This document shows positions 1 to 9,405 of a stretch of DNA of 64,000 nt, piece by piece. The DNA is from Verrucomicrobiia bacterium (GTDB lineage Bacteria > Verrucomicrobiota > Verrucomicrobiia > Limisphaerales > UBA1319). Location of the stretch: NCBI GenBank assembly GCA_963664225.1, contig OY760937.1:672001-736000 (forward strand), given 5' to 3'. A program made the translations under genes and the position numbers. Numbering within the stretch: the first letter of the stretch is position 1; every line of letters starts with the position of its first letter. The notes below the pieces were generated by a model that worked only from the letters and a program-made list of their open reading frames with translations, made no database searches and was not told the DNA's origin.

Positions 1-260
1 CCCCAATTCGCATTTTGGAAGTATTCATAGCGTTCCCGCACCTCGCCACCGAGCGTGAGCCACGTCGTGCCATCGTGGCTTAAGGGAATGAACTTGAGCT
101 GGTCAATGACGTTTGTGCGGAGCTCGGGGTCGCGCAAAGCTGAATAGTCCTCATCCTGGCGCGACAGCTTGAAATCCGGGCGAATGCCCTCATCACCCGC
201 ATACAGGTTGCCTGCAATTACTGAAGGCATTCCGATCATAAAGCAAAGGAGGCACTTCAT
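1..260 (-). CDS. Alginate-export-family outer-membrane protein, N-terminal part (runs off the window)
   Basis: Manual translation from ATG at 260: MKCLLCFMIG...RQDEDYSALRDP...LKFIPLSHDGTTWLTLGGEVRERYEYFQNANWG. Signal peptide plus the 'EDYS..LKFIPL..LGGE.RERYE' pattern typical of this family. Not in the ORF track. Confidence 0.7.
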   Translation of the reverse strand, partial: MKCLLCFMIGMPSVIAGNLYAGDEGIRPDFKLSRQDEDYSALRDPELRTNVIDQLKFIPLSHDGTTWLTLGGEVRERYEYFQNANW

Positions 261-304
261 TTGCACTGATGGAATGAGCGAAGGATTCGCCCGGGTTGCC
301 GGTA

Positions 305-982
305 TCAGTGACTCTCTTTTTTTGCCACGATCTGAGGTTTTTGCGCGGACTGCGGCGCTTTATGAACCATCGTGTAGGCATATTCGATCCCGCTGCCGTA
401 AGCGCCTGCCTGCTTGTTGAGGATGCCCATCAGCGCGTTGTAATGCTCGCGATTCTTCCAGTCGCGCTGCCACTCAAGGAGGGCGGCGATGGTCGTCAAA
501 CGCACGGCACCCGCCTGGACCATGCGGGACAAGGCGGCGTCATGAGCCGCCTGCGAAGTTGCACCGCAACAGTCTTCAACCACGTAAACATTGTAACCCG
601 CACCGAGCATTTCAATGGTCGGCCACGTTATGCAAACCTCAGTCCAGAGGCCGGTCATGATGATGTTCTTGCGGCCTGTGGCTTCGATGGCCTTGCGAAA
701 GCCAGGGTCGTCCCAGGAATTCATGGAACTGCGCTCGACGACCGGCTGACCCGGAAACACGTCCAGCAACTGGGGCCAGACGTAGCCGCTGAAACTCTCG
801 GTCTCCACGGCTGTGAGCACGCCGGGAACGTTGAACTCCTTGGAAACTTTGGCGATCAACGTCACATTGTTGATCAACGTGGCGCGGTCGATGCTGGCCA
901 CGCCGAAAAGCATTTGTGGCTGGAAGTCAATGAAAACAATCGCACTGTCCTGTGCCGTGTAGAGTTTTTGATATTGATTCAT
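305..982 (-). CDS. Isochorismatase/YcaC-like cysteine hydrolase
   Basis: IVFIDFQPQM, ERSSMNSWDD and GLWTEVC motifs. Start placed at MNQYQKL (982). Confidence 0.85.
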   Translation of the reverse strand: MNQYQKLYTAQDSAIVFIDFQPQMLFGVASIDRATLINNVTLIAKVSKEFNVPGVLTAVETESFSGYVWPQLLDVFPGQPVVERSSMNSWDDPGFRKAIEATGRKNIIMTGLWTEVCITWPTIEMLGAGYNVYVVEDCCGATSQAAHDAALSRMVQAGAVRLTTIAALLEWQRDWKNREHYNALMGILNKQAGAYGSGIEYAYTMVHKAPQSAQKPQIVAKKESH

Positions 983-1204
983 GGAGTGTTTCTTTCTTTG
1001 GATTTGGTTGTGAGGTTGGGGAGTTTGATTGGCACCGTGGATTTGACAAGCTCCAGCGGTGCGATGGGCGGCCTGATCAGGTGATCCCACGCCGCAATTC
1101 GACTGCCGGGAGAATCGGTGGACTTCTCGTGGGTATTGCCTGCCAAAGCGAACATAAATAGATGATGCGATATGGATTGGCCAATCCGGGGTGGAATAAT
1201 GTGT

Positions 1205-1960
1205 TCAGATTTGCGCCGCGCCTCCATCGACGAAAAGTTCGATTCCGTTGACGTAACTGCTGTCATCAGATGCAAGGAACACCACAGCCTTGGCGATTTC
1301 GTCAGGCGTGCCGACGCGCCCCAATGGCGTTGAGGCGGCAGCCTGCGCAGTCATCTGGCCAATCTGCGCATCGCTTAAGCGGAGTTCGCTCTTATAGCCA
1401 GGGGTGACGACGGTTCCCGGGCTGATGACGTTGACACGAATGTTGCGGCGTTTGAGGTCAACGGACCAAGTTCTCGCGAAGGATCGCAGGGCTGCCTTGG
1501 TCGCGGCGTAAACGCCAAATGCCGGGATGCCTTTGATGGATACCATCGAGCCATTGATGACGATTGTCCCGCCCGCCGTCATCAGCGACACGGCCTTCTG
1601 CACCGTGAACAGAGTTCCCTTCACGTTAATCCCAAAATATTTGTCAAAGTGCTCTTCGGTGACCTGTTCGAGCGGCACAAATGCGCCACCACCGGCATTG
1701 GCAAAAAGAATGTCCAGGCGGCCTTTTAGATCTTTGATTACGGCGAAGAGACGATCGAGATCCGCCATTTTTGAAATATCACTGCGGACGCCAATTGCGC
1801 CTGATCCGAGACCCTCCACTGCGGCGTCAAGTTCGGGCTGACGGCGCCCTGTGATGATGATCTCCGCCCCCTCGGCAACGAAGCGCCTGGCCGTGGCGAG
1901 ACCAATGCCGCTAGTGCCACCGGTGACAAGGGCGATTTTTCCAGCGAGTTTCTGTGACAT
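1205..1960 (-). CDS. Short-chain dehydrogenase/reductase
   Basis: TGGTSGIG, NAG and YAATK catalytic motifs. Confidence 0.9.
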   Translation of the reverse strand: MSQKLAGKIALVTGGTSGIGLATARRFVAEGAEIIITGRRQPELDAAVEGLGSGAIGVRSDISKMADLDRLFAVIKDLKGRLDILFANAGGGAFVPLEQVTEEHFDKYFGINVKGTLFTVQKAVSLMTAGGTIVINGSMVSIKGIPAFGVYAATKAALRSFARTWSVDLKRRNIRVNVISPGTVVTPGYKSELRLSDAQIGQMTAQAAASTPLGRVGTPDEIAKAVVFLASDDSSYVNGIELFVDGGAAQI

Positions 1961-1981
1961 AATAAATCAATTGATGGAACG

Positions 1982-2740
1982 TCAGGCGTTGAATCCGCCG
2001 TCCACGTTAAGGGTCGCACCGGTGATATAGGACGCTTCGGGGCTGGCAAGGAAGGCGACGGCGGCCGCGACTTCCACGGGTTTTCCATAGCGGCCTAGAG
2101 CTGTTCCCGCTTTCTGATCCGCTGCGGCCTCGCCATCGGCGGGATTCATGTCCGTGTCGATCGGGCCGGGCTGGACGACGTTCACCGTGATGGCCTTGGG
2201 GCCGAGATCGCGCGCCCAACCGCGCGTGTAGGCGGCAATGGCGGCTTTGGTCGCACTATAATCGGCCATACCCGGCGAAGGAGAGCGGGCGGCCAGGACA
2301 GAGCCAATCGAAATGATCCGGCCTCCGTTGGCCATGAACGGCACCGCGGCGCGCACCGCTGAGGCCACCCCGCTGACATTAACCGCCAACTGCCGGTCAA
2401 ATTGAGTCGCATCGGCGGCGGGATTGCTTATTGGTCCGCCCACGAACACCCCGGCGCTGTTGACGAGGATGTCAATGCGACCAAAGTGCTCCGCAACAGT
2501 CCTGACCAACTGTCTGGCTTGCGCGGGGACCGCCTGATCGGCTTTGAATGCTGCGGCGCGAACGCCAATGCTTTCAAGTTCGCGAACGACGGCGTTGGCC
2601 TTGTCCGCTGACGATGCGTAGCTGAGGGCGACGTCGGCGCCGTCCTCTGCGAGGCGCTTGGCGATGGCCGCCCCGATGCCGCGTGAACCGCCGGTGACCA
2701 ATGCGACTTTACCTGTGAGTTTTCCGGGTTGTGCAGTCAT
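1982..2740 (-). CDS. Short-chain dehydrogenase/reductase (FabG/BdcA-like)
   Basis: TGGSRGIG, YSATK and QPGPIDTDMNP motifs. Confidence 0.9.
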   Translation of the reverse strand: MTAQPGKLTGKVALVTGGSRGIGAAIAKRLAEDGADVALSYASSADKANAVVRELESIGVRAAAFKADQAVPAQARQLVRTVAEHFGRIDILVNSAGVFVGGPISNPAADATQFDRQLAVNVSGVASAVRAAVPFMANGGRIISIGSVLAARSPSPGMADYSATKAAIAAYTRGWARDLGPKAITVNVVQPGPIDTDMNPADGEAAADQKAGTALGRYGKPVEVAAAVAFLASPEASYITGATLNVDGGFNA

Positions 2741-2797
2741 GGTATTCGTGGATCGATGGTTATGAGCCTGCTGTGTTGTGTCGGTTGATGAAGTGAA

Positions 2798-3397
2798 TCA
2801 GCCGCGCAGTTTTGAGGCGATGGTGGCGACGTGTTTACCCTGGAAACGGGCTTGGGCCAGTTCCTTGGCGCTGGGTTTGCGCGAGCCGTCCGCGCCCGCG
2901 ATGGTCGCGGCGCCCCACGGGGAACCGCCCTTGACTTCGGTGATGTCTGAGAGTTCCGGACAGGAATAGGGCAGGCCAACGTAGATCAGGCCCTGGTGCA
3001 TGAGCGTGGTGACAAAGCTGATGATTGTGCTTTCGTTGCCCCCGCCCGTGCCGGTGCTGGTGAAGACGCTGCCCACCTTGCCGACCAGCGCGCCTTTGAC
3101 CCAGAGACCGCCGGTCTGGTCGAGGAAGTTGCGCATTTGAGCCGCCATGTTGCCGAATCGGGTGGGTGTACCAAAAATGATGGCGTCGTAATCGCCCAAT
3201 TCCTTGGGGGATGCGATGGGCGCGGCCTGATCGAGTTTAACACCATGCTCCCTGGCCGATTCGGGCGACATGATTTCGGGGACACGTTTGAGGGTCACTT
3301 CGACGCCAGGAACAGCGCGCGCGCCTTCGGTGATGGCATTGGCCATGGTTTCAATGTGGCCATACATGGAATAATAGAGAACAAGCAGCTTAATCAT
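2798..3397 (-). CDS. wrbA: NAD(P)H:quinone oxidoreductase WrbA
   Basis: [21 protein letters not shown] and GGSPWGA motifs. Confidence 0.93.
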   Translation of the reverse strand: MIKLLVLYYSMYGHIETMANAITEGARAVPGVEVTLKRVPEIMSPESAREHGVKLDQAAPIASPKELGDYDAIIFGTPTRFGNMAAQMRNFLDQTGGLWVKGALVGKVGSVFTSTGTGGGNESTIISFVTTLMHQGLIYVGLPYSCPELSDITEVKGGSPWGAATIAGADGSRKPSAKELAQARFQGKHVATIASKLRG

Positions 3398-3548
3398 AAT
3401 TTTAACTTTTTGTTTAGTCCAAGACCTTCGCTTCCACGGTGGCAATGTCAGACGACCCTGGTCGGTTGGCTAATGCTTTTTTGCTTAAACTTCCATGCGC
3501 GGAAGTTATGGTCGGATGCGAATGGAGCCTCGAACTACCAGTGGGAAA

Positions 3549-3811
3549 GGCTCGGCGGGAGCCTCGCCCTACCGGTGCAAGTGGTGGTAAGGCGAAGAGG
3601 TGGCTCGGCAGGAGCCTCGCCCTATCGGTGCAAGTGGTGGTAAGGCAAAGAGGTGGCTCGGCAGGAGCCTCGCCCTACCGGTGCAAGTGGTGGTAAGGCG
3701 AAGAGGTGGCTCGGCAGGAGCCTCGCCCTACCGGTGCAAGTGGTGGTAAGGCAAAGAGGTGGCTCGGCGGGAGCCTCGCCCTACCGGTGCAAGCGGTGGT
3801 AAGGCAAGAGG
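3549..3811. repeat. Tandem array of 5 x 53-bp units, each with a 25-bp REP-like palindromic core
   Basis: GGCTCGGCRGGAGCCTCGCCCTAYC starts at 3549, 3602, 3655, 3708 and 3761, with near-identical linkers. The reverse complement reads G-GTAG-GGCGA-GGCTC(ccgcc)GAGCC. Confidence 0.9.
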
Positions 3812-3838
3812 CGTTTCGACGGCCTTAAGGGACTGTGT

Positions 3839-5365
3839 TTAAGGGGAGGAAAGTTTGAATGAAGATGAGGTTTCGGCCCAGGCCATACTGGCGGCGTTCG
3901 TGGAATAAAAGCGGTAATAGTAAGTCGTGTCGGGTTCGAGCGCGCGAAGGCGGGCATCAAAGGGATTCGATCCGAAACGCGAATTGGTTCCCAAGTCCAC
4001 GGTATATTCCCATTGCGCGGCATTCGTATTGCCATCCCTGGTTCCCCATGCGACGAATACGCGCCCCCAAGAATCGCCGTAGATGCCTTGTCGCAGCGTG
4101 CCCGTGACGACGGCCGCATTGGCACTGGCCTTGGTCGCAGACAGGTTCTTGACGTTCAGACTCACGGGCGGGGCCATTGGCGCATTCAGTTGGGTGACGG
4201 CCCAGTTCTGATATTCTTTTGCAGATGGGACTCGGGCGTGAGTCTGCTTGAATTCGGCAACCCAAAGTTTGGCCGCATTCAGGAAGCGTTGATGCAAATA
4301 GTAATTGGGGGTTTTCTCATCTTTTGGGTTGATGAGGTAAAAATATCTGTCCGGCTCGTTGTTGTAAATTTCCCACCAGAGCACGAAGGGACAGCCCCAG
4401 CCCAAAAGAGTTTGGGCGTATTTCCTCGAGCGGGATTCCTGTATGTCCGGCGGTTCAGCGCCCCAACCGTATTCGCCGATGAACAGGCGCTTGCCGGAAA
4501 TGCTGCCGGCTTTGTTGGTGGGGATTTGGGACTCCGCATAATTTAGCGTCGCGGTAATATCCGCCGGACTCAGGTCCTGCATGTCGTAGGAGGAATAGGA
4601 GACGAAATCGAGGTTGGTCACGCCGGGCACGACCGCATTAATGACGCGCTGTTTTCCGTCCATCGCATCGCGGACGCGGTTGACCTCGGCATAAGCAAAG
4701 ACCTCGACACCGCGATGGGGCGTGTCGCGCTTGGCGTCGTCCACGGCTTGCTGGCGTGTGTTGAGCCAGTCCCGCATCCCCTGAATGGCGGTCGGGGATG
4801 GGATAATGGAGGCGTTATAACCTGGCAGCAGATACCAATCCCCCTCCCAATGGCCCAGATAAAAACGTTTTCCTGAGTTCGCATAATGCGTGAGAAAATA
4901 CCGGGTGAGATCGTAAATCTCGCGATATTCCGCCTGCCTTTCCTCTGCGGAAAAACCGTCCGCCCACCAGCCAGGGGAGGTGAAGCAATAGGCCCATAAA
5001 ACATATTGCTGGAACGGCATGTCCAGCACGGCCCGGCAGGATGGCTCGTTTTGTGCCAGGGCTACCAGGTTGGTAATGGTGGATGGCAGCTTGACGCTGT
5101 ATTGCTGATCGAAGCCCTTGCCCAGAAAAAACTTGATCGTCGTGCTGCCCATTCCTTGTATGGCCTCCGCGGTTTCCACCAGCCTGGCCTTGTCGGTGAA
5201 GTGATATAGCGGGCTGAAAGTCTGGGTGCCTATTCCATAATTGAAGAGATCGGCTTCGGCGTCACGAACGAGTGCTGGTTTGGATTCCGGGCTGGACACG
5301 GCAGGAGGATTGCTGGCGGAGAGGCTCAAGGCTTGGAGAAGAATAGTCCACAGCAAAGCGCGCAT
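3839..5365 (-). CDS. Secreted hypothetical protein: putative glycoside-hydrolase-like barrel plus C-terminal Fn3-like domain
   Basis: Signal peptide MRALLWTILL. Motifs GHWEGDW, DFVSYSSYD and FIGEYG. C-terminal LEPDTTYYYRFYSTN is Fn3-like. Confidence 0.55.
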   Translation of the reverse strand: MRALLWTILLQALSLSASNPPAVSSPESKPALVRDAEADLFNYGIGTQTFSPLYHFTDKARLVETAEAIQGMGSTTIKFFLGKGFDQQYSVKLPSTITNLVALAQNEPSCRAVLDMPFQQYVLWAYCFTSPGWWADGFSAEERQAEYREIYDLTRYFLTHYANSGKRFYLGHWEGDWYLLPGYNASIIPSPTAIQGMRDWLNTRQQAVDDAKRDTPHRGVEVFAYAEVNRVRDAMDGKQRVINAVVPGVTNLDFVSYSSYDMQDLSPADITATLNYAESQIPTNKAGSISGKRLFIGEYGWGAEPPDIQESRSRKYAQTLLGWGCPFVLWWEIYNNEPDRYFYLINPKDEKTPNYYLHQRFLNAAKLWVAEFKQTHARVPSAKEYQNWAVTQLNAPMAPPVSLNVKNLSATKASANAAVVTGTLRQGIYGDSWGRVFVAWGTRDGNTNAAQWEYTVDLGTNSRFGSNPFDARLRALEPDTTYYYRFYSTNAASMAWAETSSSFKLSSP

Positions 5366-5546
5366 GCGGCTCAGTTGATTAGAATTTAATAATTTCAAAA
5401 TACGGATTCCAACCTGTTTATGTGAATTGTTTTCGGCCGTGAGTTTATCAAGGTCGAGCACAGGCCGCAATAAGGTAATGGAACAACTGGAATGCATGAG
5501 TGTAGGACAAAATTCCTCGGCAGGAAAGCAAGGGCTATAAAAGGAT

Positions 5547-5597
5547 CCCCTCTCTCCGGCTCTCACCCCACTCGTGCCTCGCGGGGCGAGAGAGAAG
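5547..5597. repeat. Degenerate CCCTCTCCC...GGGGAGAG-type palindromic element
   Basis: CCCCTCTCTCCGGCTCTCACCCCAC-tcgtgcctc-GCGGGGCGAGAGAG forms an imperfect stem in an intergenic region. Confidence 0.5.
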
Positions 5598-5751
5598 ATC
5601 GCGCGTTCAGTTCTTTGGGCCGACTATGTTCATTCGCCACCATATACTTCCATGTCGTTTTACATCCTTTTCGGCGTTCTGAAGATTCTTGTCCTGCACC
5701 CGGAGGGCATGTTTATGGACGGCCTGGCGTGGCATGTTAACGGCAAGAGGT

Positions 5752-5776
5752 GGCTCGGCGGGAGCCTCGCCCTACC
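5752..5776. repeat. Single copy of the 25-bp REP-like element
   Basis: GGCTCGGCGGGAGCCTCGCCCTACC is identical to the array core and is preceded by the same AAGAGGT linker end. Confidence 0.9.
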
Positions 5777-5888
5777 GTTGTTTTCCAGAGCGCATGCGCG
5801 GCTTCAAACCGCTTGCTGGCAAAGATGCAACCCGGTATCGTGGCCCTCATGCACGCAACAACAACCTTGAATTGACATCATGGTCACC

Positions 5889-8800
5889 ATGCGACTCAGC
5901 AATTTGGTGTTCACCATGAGCGTTGCCGGCCTGTTGCTGGCCTGCGGTTCCTCCAAAGCGAAGGAAGTTTTTGAAGCGCCGCGAAATCTGCCTGTCGTCC
6001 ACGAGGTGGATGTGGTCGTGGTCGGAGGCAGTTCCGGCGGTGTCTCCGCCGCTGTGGAAGCGGCACGCAACGGAGCCCGGGTTTTTCTGGCGGCGCCGCG
6101 CACCTATCTGGGCGAGGACATTTGCAGCACCTATCAGCTCTGGCTCGAGCCCGGTGAATTGCCCGCGTCCGAACTGGCCCGGGAACTATTCAAACCGACG
6201 TCTTCAGTTATTCCACCGAGCGTGCCATTTACCTACACTGCCGACCTGTCATCGGCTGGCGTTCACAAAGATAACGTTCCGCCTTCGCTGCTCAGCGATG
6301 GGAAATGGAACAGTGCCGCCAGCGAGAGTGTTCAATACGACGGCAATGTTGTTTTGCAGGTCGATCTGGGGCGGGAGCAGAAGATCCAAAGAGTTCATGT
6401 GCTGGCGTATCAGCGGGACGATGAATTTGAAGTGGGCTCGATTCACGTTGCTGCAAGCAGCGATCAGAAGGAATGGCAACCGTTGGCGAAAATTGAAAAC
6501 GACCGGATTGGACAAGGATCCCATGAGGGGCTGGCTCTGGATCTCTCGGCGCCCACAATGACGCAAACGCGTTATTTGAGGTTGGATGTAAAAAAAGGGC
6601 CGCAAGCCAAACGGATTCTTCTGGGTGAAATCGTTGTCGAAGCACAACAGCCCGCCGGCCAATCCGTGGTTGCGTCCTCTGAGCCGCAAGTGGTCACGCC
6701 CATGCAGGTAAAACGGGTTTTGGACCAGGCGCTCATCCGGGCCAAAGTGCCGTTTCTGTTTTCCAGTTACGTCACCGATGTTCTGCGGGACCGCCAGGGC
6801 CAGCCCGCAGGAATCGTCATTGCCAACCGCTCCGGCAGGCAGGCTGTAATCGCGAAAGTGATTATCGATGCGACCGAGCAGGGCACCGTGGCGCGTCTGG
6901 CCAAGGCTCGTTTCACAGATTATCCCAGCGGCATGCAAATGTTTCGTTGGAACGTGGTCGGAGGTTTGCGCGCCACCAATGATAATCTGAGTGTGATTGC
7001 GCGCGATAAACCCATCATCGTTACCGACCGCAAAGGGGTGGGGCATCCGGTGACGGAATACCGGGTTCGGGTCCCGATGCAGAATGGCCGTTTCGCCTCT
7101 TATGCGGAGGCGGAGCAACTGGCGCGGGATATAACGTGGACCCAGGAACAGGTGGATGCGTCCGAAGTGCCGTTTCTGATTTCTCCCGATCACATTCGCA
7201 GTCAGCAGCCCCAGACTGGCGCATGGCCCGGAGCCGATCACCTTGCCATGAAAACGCTCCAACCGGAAAAGAACGACCGCCTCTTTGTGTTGGGCGGTTG
7301 CGCGGATCTTACCCGCGCCGCAGCGGCTGATTTGGTGGGACCATTGAATTTGATCCAGGTTGGGGCGCGTGTTGGCAAGGTCGCCGCCGTTCTGGCCCAA
7401 AAGATGCCTCAACCTGATGGCGCGCATTTGCCCGGCGCAAAGGCACCTGCCGAACTTGCGGGTGAAGCGCGCGAAATCGGCCCGGAGATGAGTCCCCGCG
7501 AGATTAACGCGCGCCGGATTCCTGCGGAACGCCAGGCCGTGCCCGTGCTCGGTGAATATGACGTGGTCGTGGTGGGAGGAGGGACGGGGGGGTCCCCGGC
7601 AGCCATCAGTGCGGGACGCCAGGGTTCACGGACGTTGTTACTCGAATACCTGCACACCCTGGGCGGAGTGGGCACCGCCGGGTATATCAGCAGTTATTAT
7701 TATGGAAATCGCGTGGGCTTTACGCAGGAGATGGAAGAGGGCATGGCTGCATTTAACGATCCGGAGACCCGCCGCAACGCGGGATGGAATCCAGATTGGA
7801 AATCAGAATGGTATCGCCGCGAGTTGCGCAAGGCCAGGGTCGATCTCTGGCTGGGCACGCTGGGCGTTGGGGCGTATGTCGAGAACGGACGGGTGCGCGG
7901 TGTGGTGGTCGTCACGCCCCAGGGCCGCGGCGTGGTGCTCGCCAAAATGGTGATTGATTCCACCGGTAACGCCGACATTGCCGCCGCAGCCGGAGCGCCC
8001 TGTCGTTACACGGATGATTCCGATATCGCAGTGCAGGGTGCGGGATTGCCTCCGCGCGAACTGGGAGGCCGCTACACCAATACGGACTACAACTTCGTGG
8101 ATGACACGGATATCGTCGATATCTGGCGCACGTTTGTCACGGCGCGGCAAAAGTTCGCTTCCGCCTACGATCTTGGGCAACTGGTGGACACCCGCGAGAG
8201 ACGGCAGGTGCTGGGCGAGTTTACGCTGAGCCCCATGGACATGATGCTGGGGCGCACGTTTCCTGACACCGTGGTCATCACCAAGAGTAATTTCGATTCG
8301 CACGGATATACGATTCATCCGATGTTTCTCATCCGTCCACCGGACCGAAAGGAAATGGCCGTGCGCGTTCCCTTCCGCTGTTTGATTCCCCGGGGACTGG
8401 ACCGCATCCTGGTCACCGGCCTGGGGGTGAGTGCCCACCGTGATGCGCTGCCGGTCATCCGCATGCAGGCGGATATCCAAAACCAGGGCTATGCCTGCGG
8501 AGTTGCCGCCTCGATGATCATTCGCAAAAACTGCGGTGTGCGGGAATTGGACCTGAAGGCATTGCAACAAAATCTGGTGGAGAAGGGGATTTTGCCGGAG
8601 TCCGTGCTCACCGAGATCGATTCGTTTCCGATGTCCCAGGAGCGACTGGCGAAGGCAGTGACGCAAGTGGCGCACGATTACGACGAGTTGGAAGTGCTGC
8701 TCACCAATCCCGAAGCGGCCAAGCCTCTCTTGCGGGCGGCACTGGCCGGCACTAATTCCGCGCCAGCGCAGCTTGTTTACGCTCATATCCTGGGCATGCT

Positions 8801-9350
8801 CGGCGATCCTTCCGGCTCACTGATATTAACCAAGGCCATCACCAGCGATTCCTGGGACACGGGATGGAACTACACCGGCATGGGCCAGTATGGGATGAGC
8901 CTGAGTCCGCTCGACAGCCTGCTCATTGCCTTGGGACGCAGCGGCGACAAGCAAGGGTTGGGCCCCATTCTTGCCAAGGTGGGCGAACTGCGCGCCGACA
9001 GCGAGTTTTCGCACTTTCGCGCGGTGGCCATGGCCTTGGAATCGCTGGGCGATCCCGCCGCCGCCAAACCATTGGCCGCGCTGCTGCAAAAGCCTGGCAT
9101 CTCAGGACATGCCGTGACCAATATTGAAGCGGCCCTGCGTGATAATCCTGCCAGCGGCACCGATACGACCACTCGAAATCGGGCGCTCACGGAGTTGATT
9201 CTGGCCCGCGCTCTGTATCGCTGCGGCGACGAACAGGGATTGGGTGAACAAATTCTCAAGCAATTTGCCTTGGACCTGCATGGTCATTATGCACGCCACG
9301 CCCAGGCCGTTCTCAATAGAGGTCCATATATCCTGTTGAAGCCGGAGTAA
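5889..9350 (+). CDS. Exported FAD-dependent oxidoreductase with two FAD modules, an inserted discoidin (F5/8 type C)-like domain and a helical C-terminus
   Basis: DVVVVGGSSGG...IIDATEQG and DVVVVGGGTGG...VIDSTGNAD. LSDGKW..LQVDLG..TRYLRL is discoidin-like. N-terminal LLLAC is a possible lipobox. Confidence 0.8.
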   Translation: MRLSNLVFTMSVAGLLLACGSSKAKEVFEAPRNLPVVHEVDVVVVGGSSGGVSAAVEAARNGARVFLAAPRTYLGEDICSTYQLWLEPGELPASELARELFKPTSSVIPPSVPFTYTADLSSAGVHKDNVPPSLLSDGKWNSAASESVQYDGNVVLQVDLGREQKIQRVHVLAYQRDDEFEVGSIHVAASSDQKEWQPLAKIENDRIGQGSHEGLALDLSAPTMTQTRYLRLDVKKGPQAKRILLGEIVVEAQQPAGQSVVASSEPQVVTPMQVKRVLDQALIRAKVPFLFSSYVTDVLRDRQGQPAGIVIANRSGRQAVIAKVIIDATEQGTVARLAKARFTDYPSGMQMFRWNVVGGLRATNDNLSVIARDKPIIVTDRKGVGHPVTEYRVRVPMQNGRFASYAEAEQLARDITWTQEQVDASEVPFLISPDHIRSQQPQTGAWPGADHLAMKTLQPEKNDRLFVLGGCADLTRAAAADLVGPLNLIQVGARVGKVAAVLAQKMPQPDGAHLPGAKAPAELAGEAREIGPEMSPREINARRIPAERQAVPVLGEYDVVVVGGGTGGSPAAISAGRQGSRTLLLEYLHTLGGVGTAGYISSYYYGNRVGFTQEMEEGMAAFNDPETRRNAGWNPDWKSEWYRRELRKARVDLWLGTLGVGAYVENGRVRGVVVVTPQGRGVVLAKMVIDSTGNADIAAAAGAPCRYTDDSDIAVQGAGLPPRELGGRYTNTDYNFVDDTDIVDIWRTFVTARQKFASAYDLGQLVDTRERRQVLGEFTLSPMDMMLGRTFPDTVVITKSNFDSHGYTIHPMFLIRPPDRKEMAVRVPFRCLIPRGLDRILVTGLGVSAHRDALPVIRMQADIQNQGYACGVAASMIIRKNCGVRELDLKALQQNLVEKGILPESVLTEIDSFPMSQERLAKAVTQVAHDYDELEVLLTNPEAAKPLLRAALAGTNSAPAQLVYAHILGMLGDPSGSLILTKAITSDSWDTGWNYTGMGQYGMSLSPLDSLLIALGRSGDKQGLGPILAKVGELRADSEFSHFRAVAMALESLGDPAAAKPLAALLQKPGISGHAVTNIEAALRDNPASGTDTTTRNRALTELILARALYRCGDEQGLGEQILKQFALDLHGHYARHAQAVLNRGPYILLKPE

Positions 9351-9365
9351 ATGGGAAGTGAAGAG

Positions 9366-9392
9366 ACAGGATGAACGGGATAAACAGGATGG
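9366..9392. repeat. 3 x 9-bp direct repeat
   Basis: ACAGGATGA-ACGGGATAA-ACAGGATGG between convergent genes. Confidence 0.6.
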
Positions 9393-9405
9393 ATTGGAGC
9401 GATGG

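Noticed and set aside
3439..3696. ORFs containing GGSAGASPY repeats
   Set aside because: They are translations of the DNA repeat, not credible proteins.
3549..3811. CRISPR array
   Set aside because: The segments between the 25-bp cores are nearly identical rather than unique spacers, and no cas genes are in the window.
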